A DNA stretch of 64,000 nucleotides from Alphaproteobacteria bacterium (GTDB lineage Bacteria > Pseudomonadota > Alphaproteobacteria > RF32 > CAG-239). Shown here in pieces: positions 7,620 to 16,548 of the stretch; positions within the stretch are counted from its first letter, which is position 1; each line of letters opens with the position of its first letter. The stretch covers positions 4,851 through 68,850 of the forward strand of contig JAFUTN010000003.1 in assembly GCA_017484225.1 (NCBI GenBank). The letters are read 5' to 3'. The notes under the pieces were generated by a model. It made no database searches. It was not told the origin of the DNA and saw nothing but the letters and a program-made list of their open reading frames with translations. A program made the position numbers and the translations under genes.

Positions 7620-9094
7620 GCAGATTCATCAATCAGTTTAAATTCAGGATATTGGAAACCTTCGGTATATTTTTTTGGAGCATCTTTTATTGCTTTCACA
7701 AAAACATCTTTTATTCGCACAATTTGATTATTTTTCATTAAAGTTTCTTTGGGAATTTTGCGCAAAACATCAAATCCTTGTTCGCCGGCAGCCACAAACG
7801 GATCAATGGCACAACTGAATGTTTCTCCAGGATTAAGCGGTTCGCCGTTTTCATCAAACAAAGGATTTCCACTGATATAAATTTGCCGCACCATTCCCCA
7901 ATTATCCTTATTTTTGTAGCAAACTACCGTTACATTTTTGGAACACTGCAAAAAGCGCACATTACCAGAACGCTGAATGTAGCGATTACGCAAGGCATTG
8001 TTAAAAATATCTTTAATATCAGCAGGACGTAACAGCATTTTTTGCAAAGCTACGGTGGCGGAAATAGCTCGCTCTAAATTATAATTTGTTAAAATTTTAT
8101 CCTTTTCATAGCGAAGAGCATGGCTGGTATATCCGGTAGAAATAACAGCCATATCGGCGTGGGCTTCACTACGCATACCATCGGCAATAAAAGTGCCGAG
8201 AGAACAAGGATCGGAATAAATTTTTTCCAGATTTACGGTGCTTTTGGCAACCGGAATATTTAAGCCTGCTTTTTTTTCATATTCTTCAATTTGCGGAACA
8301 AAAATACTGTTTATCGGCAAGCCTTTTGAATAAATTTCACCGATAAAATTAAGCAATGCACCGTTTTCACCGAAACAAAGTTCAAATTCAAGCATTGTTT
8401 TGCTAAAAGCTTGCGGATAATAAATATGCTTTGTTTCATTTGCCTCAATCGGAGAATGTTCATGCCCGCCGATTAACAAATCAATCTTTATTCCGTCTTT
8501 TGCTGCCATATCGGCTAAGTTGTAACTACTGTCTTTGAGAGCATGATTTAATACAATAAAAGCATCCGGATTAATGTGCTTTATCACTTTTTCCATTTGT
8601 TGAAAAGCATTGGGAATATCAATTAAACGCACACCGTATTTTTGCAGGCGCACCAAATTAACACAAAAAGCCGTTACCAAAATTTTTTTGTGATTTATAT
8701 CTAAAATGATATAAGGGTCAACCCAATCCGGACATTTTTCCGTGTTAACATCAATCAGATTTGCACATAACACGTTGATATTTGCATTATTAAAAACGGA
8801 AATCGTTTTTTGCAAAAATTTAAAATTTTCCAAATTAAACCCGAAATCATTATTCCCGATTGCCAGAACAATTTTTGCTTCCGGTAAAAGCGAGCGCAAT
8901 TTAAGGTATCCGTCAACGCATAAATCACGATCATAAATTCCTTTAAACAAGTCACCGCAATCACAAATCAGAGTGTTTTTCCCGTTTTTCGGAGAATTAT
9001 CGGCAATATAAGAAAACAAATTACACAACTTTCGCACTTCCTGATGGCAGTCCGTAACCGTGAAAATATTAATTTTTTTGTTATCAGTATTCAT
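7616..9094 (-). CDS. Bifunctional metallophosphatase / 5'-nucleotidase family protein
   Basis: 492 aa with calcineurin-like motifs DCHQ, GDLFKG, GNNDF and GGHEHS, plus a C-terminal 5'-nucleotidase-like domain. No obvious signal peptide. Confidence 0.75.
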   Translation of the reverse strand: MNTDNKKINIFTVTDCHQEVRKLCNLFSYIADNSPKNGKNTLICDCGDLFKGIYDRDLCVDGYLKLRSLLPEAKIVLAIGNNDFGFNLENFKFLQKTISVFNNANINVLCANLIDVNTEKCPDWVDPYIILDINHKKILVTAFCVNLVRLQKYGVRLIDIPNAFQQMEKVIKHINPDAFIVLNHALKDSSYNLADMAAKDGIKIDLLIGGHEHSPIEANETKHIYYPQAFSKTMLEFELCFGENGALLNFIGEIYSKGLPINSIFVPQIEEYEKKAGLNIPVAKSTVNLEKIYSDPCSLGTFIADGMRSEAHADMAVISTGYTSHALRYEKDKILTNYNLERAISATVALQKMLLRPADIKDIFNNALRNRYIQRSGNVRFLQCSKNVTVVCYKNKDNWGMVRQIYISGNPLFDENGEPLNPGETFSCAIDPFVAAGEQGFDVLRKIPKETLMKNNQIVRIKDVFVKAIKDAPKKYTEGFQYPEFKLIDESA

Positions 9095-9192
9095 TTTTTT
9101 TATTTTATGTCCGATATATCAACAGACTTTACAATTATTTTTTATTTTATCAATAGAAAATTAAAAAAATTTTGCTAGTTTTGTAAAAAAAT

Positions 9193-9861
9193 TTGAAGGA
9201 GAACAAAATGAAAAAGTTTTTGTGGTTGTTTGCGGTTGTTGTTTTAAGTGCCTGCGCGCAGGACCCGTATCATTTGAAAATAGAAAACACTATGGCTGAT
9301 GCCCACGGACAAAGTGTATATTATCGCAGCAGCTTACGCAGTAATTATGCCGGACAAATAAGACGTGTTTTGAGTAACAAAATGGGAGAAATAGGCTTAA
9401 AAACCGCGACATCCGCCGAGATTGCCGATTATATAGGTATTTTTGATATTGAAACATTTTATGCGCAAAGCGGCGAAAAATTTAATCCGGATGCTTTCAA
9501 ACAGACAAATGAAAACGCCTATCTGTTCAGTGATGACGAATCATCAGAATCTATGTATTTTTCCGGCAATGCCAATGTGGTTGTTGACCATGACAAAACG
9601 TGTTTTACTTTAAAAATAGGGCCGAAAGGAACATCTGTTGTCCGTTATTCATCTTCATTTTGTGCCGACGGAGTTTTAGACACGGAAGAAATGTTGCCGT
9701 TGGTTTTAGATATTTACGGCAAATATGCTAATTATCAGCAAGCAGATGTTGGTGTTCAATGTCACATGAGCGAAACAGGTGACACTTCTTGTGATGCTAT
9801 GTATGATCGCCAAAAAGCATTTATGAATAGTTGGTGGATGGATAAAGATATAGTGGACTAG
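9193..9861 (+). CDS. Hypothetical lipoprotein
   Basis: The lipobox LSAC follows a hydrophobic N-terminus. The probable start is 9208 (MKKFLWLF). Confidence 0.6.
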   Translation: MKENKMKKFLWLFAVVVLSACAQDPYHLKIENTMADAHGQSVYYRSSLRSNYAGQIRRVLSNKMGEIGLKTATSAEIADYIGIFDIETFYAQSGEKFNPDAFKQTNENAYLFSDDESSESMYFSGNANVVVDHDKTCFTLKIGPKGTSVVRYSSSFCADGVLDTEEMLPLVLDIYGKYANYQQADVGVQCHMSETGDTSCDAMYDRQKAFMNSWWMDKDIVD

Positions 9862-9927
9862 ATGCTTGTATATGTTGACAACAGATAAAATTTAAAGCAT
9901 TTTAGTCCCGTAAAAAGGGGAAAGTTT

Positions 9928-10287
9928 ATGAAAAAAATAATATTAGCTTTTTTGTGCTTCGTTACGCTGATGTTTACCGCTTGTTCCAAAAGCGAAGAAG
10001 AGAAAGAACCGGATGGAAGTAAAATCTACTTTTTTTATCAGACAACCTGCCCTCATTGCCATGATGCAGAGAAATATATTAAAGAAAATCATCCTGATTT
10101 GAAAATTGTGATGAGAGATGTTCGTTTACCGGGAAATCAAAAATTATTCAACTATGCGGTAAGAAAATATAAAATTACCGGTGCAGCCGGAACCCCGTTG
10201 ATTTGTTTTGATGATAAATACATTATGGGATGGAGCAAAGAAACGGCAAAAGAGTTTGAATATTACGTCAAACCTTATGAAAAATGA
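9928..10287 (+). CDS. Thioredoxin-fold (CxxC) lipoprotein
   Basis: 119 aa with lipobox FTAC and the redox motif TTCPHCHDAEKYI. Confidence 0.65.
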   Translation: MKKIILAFLCFVTLMFTACSKSEEEKEPDGSKIYFFYQTTCPHCHDAEKYIKENHPDLKIVMRDVRLPGNQKLFNYAVRKYKITGAAGTPLICFDDKYIMGWSKETAKEFEYYVKPYEK

Positions 10288-10297
10288 AAAATTTGAG

Positions 10298-10321
10298 CGG
10301 CGATTTTTCGCCGTTTTTTTA
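10298..10321 (+). terminator. Rho-independent terminator
   Basis: Stem CGGCGA / TCGCCG with a TTTT loop, followed by a T8 run immediately after the stop of 9928..10287. Confidence 0.8.
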
Positions 10322-10391
10322 TAAATATTGTTTCTTTACAAAAAAACTTTCTTTTGCTAAAGTAATTCTACGGTATGAAAAAACATGCCGG

Positions 10392-10559
10392 AGGGCGTCA
10401 CAACCCTAAACAGAAACGGTTGCACATATTTGCAACAACAAAATGTGCTGGTATTCGCGTTTGTGCGGATGTCAGCTGAATAAGGTTATGCCGAATAGGT
10501 TGAGCCGTCTGTTTCTGTACGGTTTGTGAACATCCGCCCGTTTTTGAACGGGATTTTTT
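10392..10559 (+). promoter_or_regulatory. Structured leader RNA, copy 2, ending in an intrinsic terminator
   Basis: Sequence AGGGCGTCACAACCCT ... GCGGATGTCAGCTGAATAAGG ... GAGCC ... ACGGTTTGTGAACATCCGCCC. Helices are ACAGAAAC/GTTTCTGT and CAC-AACC/GGTT-T-GTG. Terminator is CCCGTT-TTTG-AACGGG-ATTTTTT. Confidence 0.8.
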
Positions 10560-10585
10560 GTTAACTTTTTTAATTTAATGAAAGG

Positions 10586-11443
10586 ATGTTTGAAATGAAA
10601 CATTTAATACTTGCGGTAGCATTAACTTTTTTTGCCACACAGACGAATGCCGAAACTGCCGGAATTATCGGAACATGGCCTTGCGGTGCCGATTGCACGG
10701 CAACCCTTGATGATAAGGGAAATTTTCTGGTTGTCGGCAACGGACCAATGAATGACTATGGAACTACTCATGCATCTAATGGAGCGCCATTATTAACTAC
10801 TGCACCTTGGGCAGAACACCTTAGAGAAATTAAAAACATTGAAATAAACGGTGTCTCAAATGTTGGAAGAGATGCTTTTTTTTACAATGAAGGAGGCTCT
10901 CTAAAGCTACAATCCATAAAATTTGATGACACCGTTGAAACCATAAAAGGCGGTGCATTCCATAAAACAGAGTGTTCATATATTGAGCTGCCCGATTCTA
11001 TCAAAAAAATAGAAAGTTACGCCTTTTCAGGGCGCACAGAAATAGTTGTTCCCGATACATTAAATTCTATTACAGGAGACAGGCCTTTTGGTCAATATGC
11101 ATTAACAAATCTAAAAATTGTATGCAGAGGAAATAATTGTTTAAATGTTGAAAATTTATTTAAAAAATATACTCGCTATTTTGATGGTGCATGGATAACG
11201 GAAGATTTAAGCAATAATGTATATCTTGCCGGAGAAAATCAGTGCAATAGTGCAAAATATTATTGGACCGGCGGTTTGTGCAATAATCGCCCGACCGACG
11301 GAAGTGCAATAGAATGTGATGAAGGGTGGTATGCTACCAATAAAGATGTATGCGCAAGAATCAAGCTTCGCTATACCATACCGGAAGCCGACGAGGCAAC
11401 AAGCAACGATAACGAAAATACGATTGAGTGGATTTTTGAATGA
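10586..11443 (+). CDS. Secreted BspA-type LRR / Cys-rich protein, paralog 2
   Basis: 285 aa. Signal peptide, IIGTWPCGADCTATLDD N-terminal module, LRR-like repeats, and a C-terminal module CNSAKYYWTGGLCNNRPTDGSAIECDEGWYATNKDVCARIKLRYTIPEADEATSNDNENTIEWIFE. The likely start is the second ATG at 10595. Confidence 0.85.
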   Translation: MFEMKHLILAVALTFFATQTNAETAGIIGTWPCGADCTATLDDKGNFLVVGNGPMNDYGTTHASNGAPLLTTAPWAEHLREIKNIEINGVSNVGRDAFFYNEGGSLKLQSIKFDDTVETIKGGAFHKTECSYIELPDSIKKIESYAFSGRTEIVVPDTLNSITGDRPFGQYALTNLKIVCRGNNCLNVENLFKKYTRYFDGAWITEDLSNNVYLAGENQCNSAKYYWTGGLCNNRPTDGSAIECDEGWYATNKDVCARIKLRYTIPEADEATSNDNENTIEWIFE

Positions 11444-11460
11444 AAATGCCGCATCCTTGT

Positions 11461-11501
11461 AAAAAACCGCCGGATATTTTTTCTATGCCGGCGGTCTTTT
11501 T
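11461..11501. terminator. Bidirectional terminator between convergent genes
   Basis: Stem ACCGCCGG (11466-11473) / CCGGCGGT (11488-11495), flanked by A6 upstream and CTTTTT downstream. Confidence 0.6.
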
Positions 11502-11506
11502 CCTTT

Positions 11507-12145
11507 TTATTGAGCGTTAATCAGTGTAATTTCTACACGGCGATTTTGGGCTTTTCCTTCTTCGGTTGCATTAGATGCAATCGGATTTGCGGCACCTGCC
11601 CCATAAGTGTTCATACGAGCGCCGTTAACTCCGCGCAAAGTAAGATAATTTGCCACTGAAGCGGCACGACGTTCGGAAAGAGGGATATTTATCTTATCAT
11701 TACCGGTGCTGTCGGTATATCCGACAATTTGCAAGCGAGTTTTATCGTATTCATTAGCAACCTGAGCCACCGAATCCAAAACTGCGTTGGCAGATGTTTT
11801 CATAGCAGAATCATTTGTTTTGAATGTAATGCTGTTAGGCATAATAAGTCGGATATTGTCACCGTCACGTGCAACCTGAACTCCGGTGCCGGTTAATTTT
11901 TGACGCAATTTACTTTCTTGCACGTCCATATAACCTCCGGTTGCCGCGCCTGCAGCGCCACCTATTCCAGCCCCAATCAGTGCTCCTTTTTCACCACCGA
12001 TTAAGGCACCGACACCGGCACCTACAGCGGCACCTATACCTGTTCCCCAAGCTGTTTTAGCGACTTTGCTCTCACCGGTATAAGCATCAGTGGCACAAGC
12101 ATTTAACATACCCAATGCAACAAAACACAAAATTAATTTTTTCAT
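11507..12145 (-). CDS. OmpA-family peptidoglycan-binding lipoprotein with glycine-zipper region
   Basis: 212 aa. Lipobox LNAC, Gly-rich GAAVGAGVGALIGG, and an OmpA C-terminal motif VGYTDSTG...SERRAASVANYL...NRRVEI. Confidence 0.85.
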   Translation of the reverse strand: MKKLILCFVALGMLNACATDAYTGESKVAKTAWGTGIGAAVGAGVGALIGGEKGALIGAGIGGAAGAATGGYMDVQESKLRQKLTGTGVQVARDGDNIRLIMPNSITFKTNDSAMKTSANAVLDSVAQVANEYDKTRLQIVGYTDSTGNDKINIPLSERRAASVANYLTLRGVNGARMNTYGAGAANPIASNATEEGKAQNRRVEITLINAQ

Positions 12146-12157
12146 ATTGTAATCTCC

Positions 12158-14797
12158 TTAAAAATTGGCAATGCGCGCCAAAGCTGCTTCAACTTTTTCT
12201 TTGTTCTCCAAAGCTTCGGACTGACGGCGTTTTTCTTCTTCAACTACTGCCGCCGGTGCCTTGGCAACAAAACTTTCGTTGCTCAATTTACGGGCATAGC
12301 CTTCTAAATTTTTGTTTAATGTATCAAGTTCTTTTTGCAAACGAGAGCGTTCTGCATCAAAATCCACAATTCCTTTGAGCGGAATCAAGATAACCGCATC
12401 ACGACTCACGGTTTGCACCATATCTTTACTGATTGGCTTATCGGCAAGCAAAGACAGTTCTTCCAGACGAGCCAGATTGCAAATAAGCTTGTTTTGTTTG
12501 TTTATTATGGTTAAAGATTCCGGATTTACATCCTTAACAAAAGCGTGTAATTTGGCCCCTGCCGGCAAATTCATGCTTGAACGCAGAGAACGAACGGCTC
12601 CGATAAAATCAATAGCCCAATCAATTTCGTTCTTATCGTTTTCATTAACTCTGTCAGCCTGCGGCCAAGGTGCTTTAATCAAATCAACGTTACGAGTTGC
12701 CAAATTATTCCATAATTCCGTTGTAACAAACGGCATAAACGGATGTAAAATAACCAATATTCTATCCAAAACATAAGCAGCAGCAGCTCTTGTCTCCGTT
12801 ATCTCTTGACTATTGTCTCCGTAAAATATCGGTTTTATCAACTCAATATACCAGTCACAGAATGTTCCCCATACAAATTGATAAACAGCATTAGCGGCAT
12901 CAGAAAAACGATAATTGTTAAGATTATCGGTAACTTCTTTTGTTGCCTCGTTAACTTTTGCAATAATCCATTTGTTGATTTCAAGTTTTACGGATGAAAT
13001 ATCAAAATCTTTAACCGAATAACATTCGTTCATTTCGCAAAAACGAGAAGCATTCCACAGTTTTGTGGCAAAATTGCGGTATCCCTGAATACGAGAGTCG
13101 GACAAATTAATATCACGTCCCTGTGTTTCCGAAGCCGCCATGAAAAAGCGCAAAGCATCTGCTCCGTATTTTTCAATGGTTTCCATCGGATCCACGGTAT
13201 TGCCCTTGGATTTGCTCATTTTACGTCCTTGTTCATCACGAACCAAACCGTGAATGTAGCACTTTTTGAACGGAACACGCTTCATCATATACATGCTCAT
13301 CATCATCATGCGGGCAACCCAGAAGAAAATAATATCAAAACCGGTTACCAAAACGGACGTAGGATAAAATGTTTTTAAGGCCTCAGTATTCTCCGGCCAA
13401 CCCAGTGTTGAAAAAGCCCACAGTCCGGAAGAAAACCAAGTATCCAGAACATCTGTTTCACGGCGCAAATCAACATGTTTTCCGTAGTGTTTATCTGCTG
13501 CTTCCTGTGCTTTTTCTTCAGTTTCTTCACAGAAAATAGTTTCATCAGGACCATACCAAATCGGCATTTGATGTCCCCACCATAATTGACGGGAAATACA
13601 CCACGGTTGAATATTGTTCATCCATTCAAAATACGTTTTTTCATAAGCTTGCGGAACAAACACCATTTCTTTATCATTAACGGCTCGGCGTGCTTCTACC
13701 GCAAGTTTAGGCGCATCCACAAACCATTGGTCTGTCATGTATGGCTCAATTACCACGCCGCTTCTGTCGCCGTATGGTATCACCATCGGGTGGTCTTCTA
13801 TTTTTTCCATTAAACCGAGTCTTGTCAGTTCATCAATGGTTTTAACTCTGGCTTCTTGAGTTGTCATACCGTTATACGGCGTATTTTCGTTTAATGTGGC
13901 ATTGGGATTCAGAATGTTTATCATCGGTAAGTTGTGGCGTTTACCAACCTCAAAATCATTAAAATCGTGTGCCGGTGTAATTTTAACCGCACCGGTTCCT
14001 TTTTCCGGATCGGCATGATCGTCGGCAATAATCGGAATTTCACGGTTAATTATCGGAATAATACAGGTTTTACCGATTAAGTGAGAAAGTTTTTTATTAT
14101 CTTTAGAAACGGCAACCGCTGTATCACCAAACATTGTTTCCGGTCTGGTTGTGGCAATGTGAATAAATTCATTTTGGTTATCCTTCAAAGGGTATTTGTA
14201 ATAATACATTTTACCCAAGGTTTCTTTTTGCACAACCTCCAAATCGGAAACGGCCGTTTCCAAAGCCGGATCCCAGTTTACTAATTTTTTTGCTTTGTAA
14301 ATTAAGCCGTCTTTGTAAAGCGAAACAAAAATTTTACGCACGGCATGAGAAAGTCCTTCATCCATGGTAAAGCGTTCACGACTCCAATCGCAAGAAGCTC
14401 CCAAGCGACGGAGCTGACGGCAAATGGTGCCGCCTGATTGCTTTTTCCATTCCCAAACGCGTTCAATAAATTTTTCTCTGCCCAAATCATGGCGGGTTAA
14501 ACCTTCTTTTGCCAAATTACGCTCAACAACCATTTGTGTTGCAATTCCGGCATGGTCTGTTCCCGGTTGCCATAAAACCTTTTTACCGAGCATACGGTTA
14601 TATCTGATTAAAATATCTTGCAAAGTATTGTCAAGAGCATGTCCCATGTGCAAAACACCGGTAACGTTAGGCGGTGGAATCACAATAGAAAAAGCATCTT
14701 TGTCTGATTTCATATCCGGCTTAAAATCGCCGTTATTTTCCCATTTTTCATAAATTTTTTCTTCAAATTCTTTCGGATTATAGTTCTTTTCTAACAT
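12158..14797 (-). CDS. valS: Valine--tRNA ligase
   Basis: 879 aa. HIGH-type motif PPPNVTGVLHMGHA, KMSKS motif, and a C-terminal coiled coil. Confidence 0.97.
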   Translation of the reverse strand: MLEKNYNPKEFEEKIYEKWENNGDFKPDMKSDKDAFSIVIPPPNVTGVLHMGHALDNTLQDILIRYNRMLGKKVLWQPGTDHAGIATQMVVERNLAKEGLTRHDLGREKFIERVWEWKKQSGGTICRQLRRLGASCDWSRERFTMDEGLSHAVRKIFVSLYKDGLIYKAKKLVNWDPALETAVSDLEVVQKETLGKMYYYKYPLKDNQNEFIHIATTRPETMFGDTAVAVSKDNKKLSHLIGKTCIIPIINREIPIIADDHADPEKGTGAVKITPAHDFNDFEVGKRHNLPMINILNPNATLNENTPYNGMTTQEARVKTIDELTRLGLMEKIEDHPMVIPYGDRSGVVIEPYMTDQWFVDAPKLAVEARRAVNDKEMVFVPQAYEKTYFEWMNNIQPWCISRQLWWGHQMPIWYGPDETIFCEETEEKAQEAADKHYGKHVDLRRETDVLDTWFSSGLWAFSTLGWPENTEALKTFYPTSVLVTGFDIIFFWVARMMMMSMYMMKRVPFKKCYIHGLVRDEQGRKMSKSKGNTVDPMETIEKYGADALRFFMAASETQGRDINLSDSRIQGYRNFATKLWNASRFCEMNECYSVKDFDISSVKLEINKWIIAKVNEATKEVTDNLNNYRFSDAANAVYQFVWGTFCDWYIELIKPIFYGDNSQEITETRAAAAYVLDRILVILHPFMPFVTTELWNNLATRNVDLIKAPWPQADRVNENDKNEIDWAIDFIGAVRSLRSSMNLPAGAKLHAFVKDVNPESLTIINKQNKLICNLARLEELSLLADKPISKDMVQTVSRDAVILIPLKGIVDFDAERSRLQKELDTLNKNLEGYARKLSNESFVAKAPAAVVEEEKRRQSEALENKEKVEAALARIANF

Positions 14798-14871
14798 TTT
14801 TATTTTTCCAATTTCTGTTCAACATTAAATTCTGCAAAAAGACTTTAGGAAAGCCGGTCATAACAGCAGAC

Positions 14872-15225
14872 TCATATATTGCTTTCCTTTACGCTCACTC
14901 GTCCGAATCCGACGAGATTATGATTAGATGTGTTTTGTATTTCACACTGATTTTGCCAATGTGCCGCAAAATAAGTGCGATACTTTTTCATTATTTTTTT
15001 TGCCACATCATCAAAACTCCAAACACCAAGCTGGTATGGTATATCTTCACGATTAACCATCATATTTTGAGATAAGAGAAAAACATCTTCATCCGGCTTT
15101 GCTTTTTTCTTAGCACTTTCCGGCAAAAACTGGCGAAAATATTTTTTGCGCTCGTTGTCTATTATTGCATCACGGATATGCTGCAATATTTCGTCAACAG
15201 GCATCTCTTCGGAAAAAGTTTCCAT
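14872..15225 (-). CDS. Hypothetical protein (possibly DUF2497-like)
   Basis: 117 aa. The N-terminal PVDEILQHIRDAI and the position next to valS recall alphaproteobacterial DUF2497 proteins. This is a weak call. Confidence 0.35.
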   Translation of the reverse strand: METFSEEMPVDEILQHIRDAIIDNERKKYFRQFLPESAKKKAKPDEDVFLLSQNMMVNREDIPYQLGVWSFDDVAKKIMKKYRTYFAAHWQNQCEIQNTSNHNLVGFGRVSVKESNI

Positions 15226-15330
15226 ACAAAACTCCGTGATATTAAATTCTCTGACATATTAAATAATTTTTATCGGTCTTGCAACCATAAAAAATTTTTT
15301 AGCAAAAATAGTCTTTATTGAGTAGCCGAG

Positions 15331-15362
15331 ATTATCGGTTATTGCTTCGCAATCCCGATAAT
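15331..15362 (-). terminator. Conserved 3' hairpin downstream of LRR paralog 3
   Basis: ATTATCGG-TT-ATTGC-TTC-GCAAT-C-CCGATAAT. Nearly the same hairpin follows paralog 7 (48577-48608). It has no clear U-tract. Confidence 0.4.
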
Positions 15363-15395
15363 GACAGAAAAAAGAGTGCGGTTGATAATGACTCT

Positions 15396-16211
15396 TTACT
15401 CAAAAATCCATTCTATCGTGTTTTCAAAGTCATCAGATGTCGCCGCATCCGCTTCCGGTATAGTATAGCGGAGTTTAATGACTTCGCAATATCCCTTACT
15501 TGTCGGATAATAGCCGTCAAAACAATTACCTACACACCCCGCACCTGCTTGCACGAATTTATCCCCACAACTGCCGCAGTCTCCACCGTTGCCGCATCCG
15601 CTTACTAATGTATTTGAAAAAGCATCTTCAGCTACATTTGCATCTTCAGGTATTCCGATATATTTTAATTTATTTCCGTCAAGTCCTTTGTTACCATTAT
15701 ATCCCTTAAAAGCTCCAATTCCAATCACTTTTACGTTAGGCATATCAACACTTTCTAATACTTTTGAAAATTTAAAAGCACCATCGCCGATATTTTCCAC
15801 CAAAGGCATATAAATGGAAGTCGCCGCATAGGGGTCATAAAAAGCCAAGGTGCCTATTTTTTTTACTCCCGGCATATAAATATTTTCGGCTTTTCTGGCT
15901 CCGTTAAATGCGTTGGCTCCGATTTCATCAACACCGCTTTCTACAACGATATTTTTTATTCTATTCATATTTGCTTGTGTTCCTCCCCATGGTGCGGTTG
16001 ATACCGACAATCCACCATCAACAACACGTCCGAAATCTGCCATTTTACCGGTTCCGGAAACAGTAAAATTACCATCTTCATCCAATGTGCATTTTACGTT
16101 TGCACCATAATTACCATCAGAATCTTTTTCTCCGCAATTCCATGTTTCGGCATAAGTTTTATTCGCAAAACATATAACAATTCCCAACATCAACACAATT
16201 TTTTTCATCAT
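15396..16211 (-). CDS. Secreted BspA-type LRR / Cys-rich protein, paralog 3
   Basis: 271 aa. Signal peptide, ETWNCG, LRR_5-like repeats, CGSCGDKFVQAGAGC module, and C-terminus LRYTIPEADAATSDDFENTIEWIFE. It has its own AAAGGAG SD. Confidence 0.85.
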   Translation of the reverse strand: MMKKIVLMLGIVICFANKTYAETWNCGEKDSDGNYGANVKCTLDEDGNFTVSGTGKMADFGRVVDGGLSVSTAPWGGTQANMNRIKNIVVESGVDEIGANAFNGARKAENIYMPGVKKIGTLAFYDPYAATSIYMPLVENIGDGAFKFSKVLESVDMPNVKVIGIGAFKGYNGNKGLDGNKLKYIGIPEDANVAEDAFSNTLVSGCGNGGDCGSCGDKFVQAGAGCVGNCFDGYYPTSKGYCEVIKLRYTIPEADAATSDDFENTIEWIFE

Positions 16212-16239
16212 TTTTCTCCTTTAAGCAAAATTTTCAAAC

Positions 16240-16470
16240 AAAAAATCGCCTCATTTTCGGAGACGATCGGGGAGTTGACAAATCATGTTAAGGGTAATGA
16301 CTATTATGACCTTTAGCTTAAAAATTTAAGCTTGAACATACGCCATAATCTCCCCGACCAATGCGGGGAATAAATTCAGATACAAAAAAACAGCATCCGA
16401 CGGATACTATTTCAGTATCCCCTTAACATAGAGCCTGTCACAGCCCCGAACCTCTCGGTTCTAAAATGAA
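16240..16470 (-). promoter_or_regulatory. Second, unrelated structured leader with an intrinsic terminator (upstream of paralog 3)
   Basis: In RNA sense: GAACC-GAGA-GGTTC hairpin, a 10-bp long-range helix ATGTTAAGGG (16420-16429 rc) / CCCTTAACAT (16285-16294 rc), and nested hairpins GATACT..AGTATC, TCCCCG..CGGGGA, ATTATG..CATAAT, GCTTAAA..TTTAAGC. Terminator is TCGTCTC-CGAAAAT-GAGGCGA-TTTTTT (16240-16266). Confidence 0.6.
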
Positions 16471-16548
16471 TTTTTGTTCATTCTGCCGGAAGAATAACAT
16501 ATAAAAAAAATATTGTCAAAAAAGAAAATCTACCGCTAAAACAAAACG

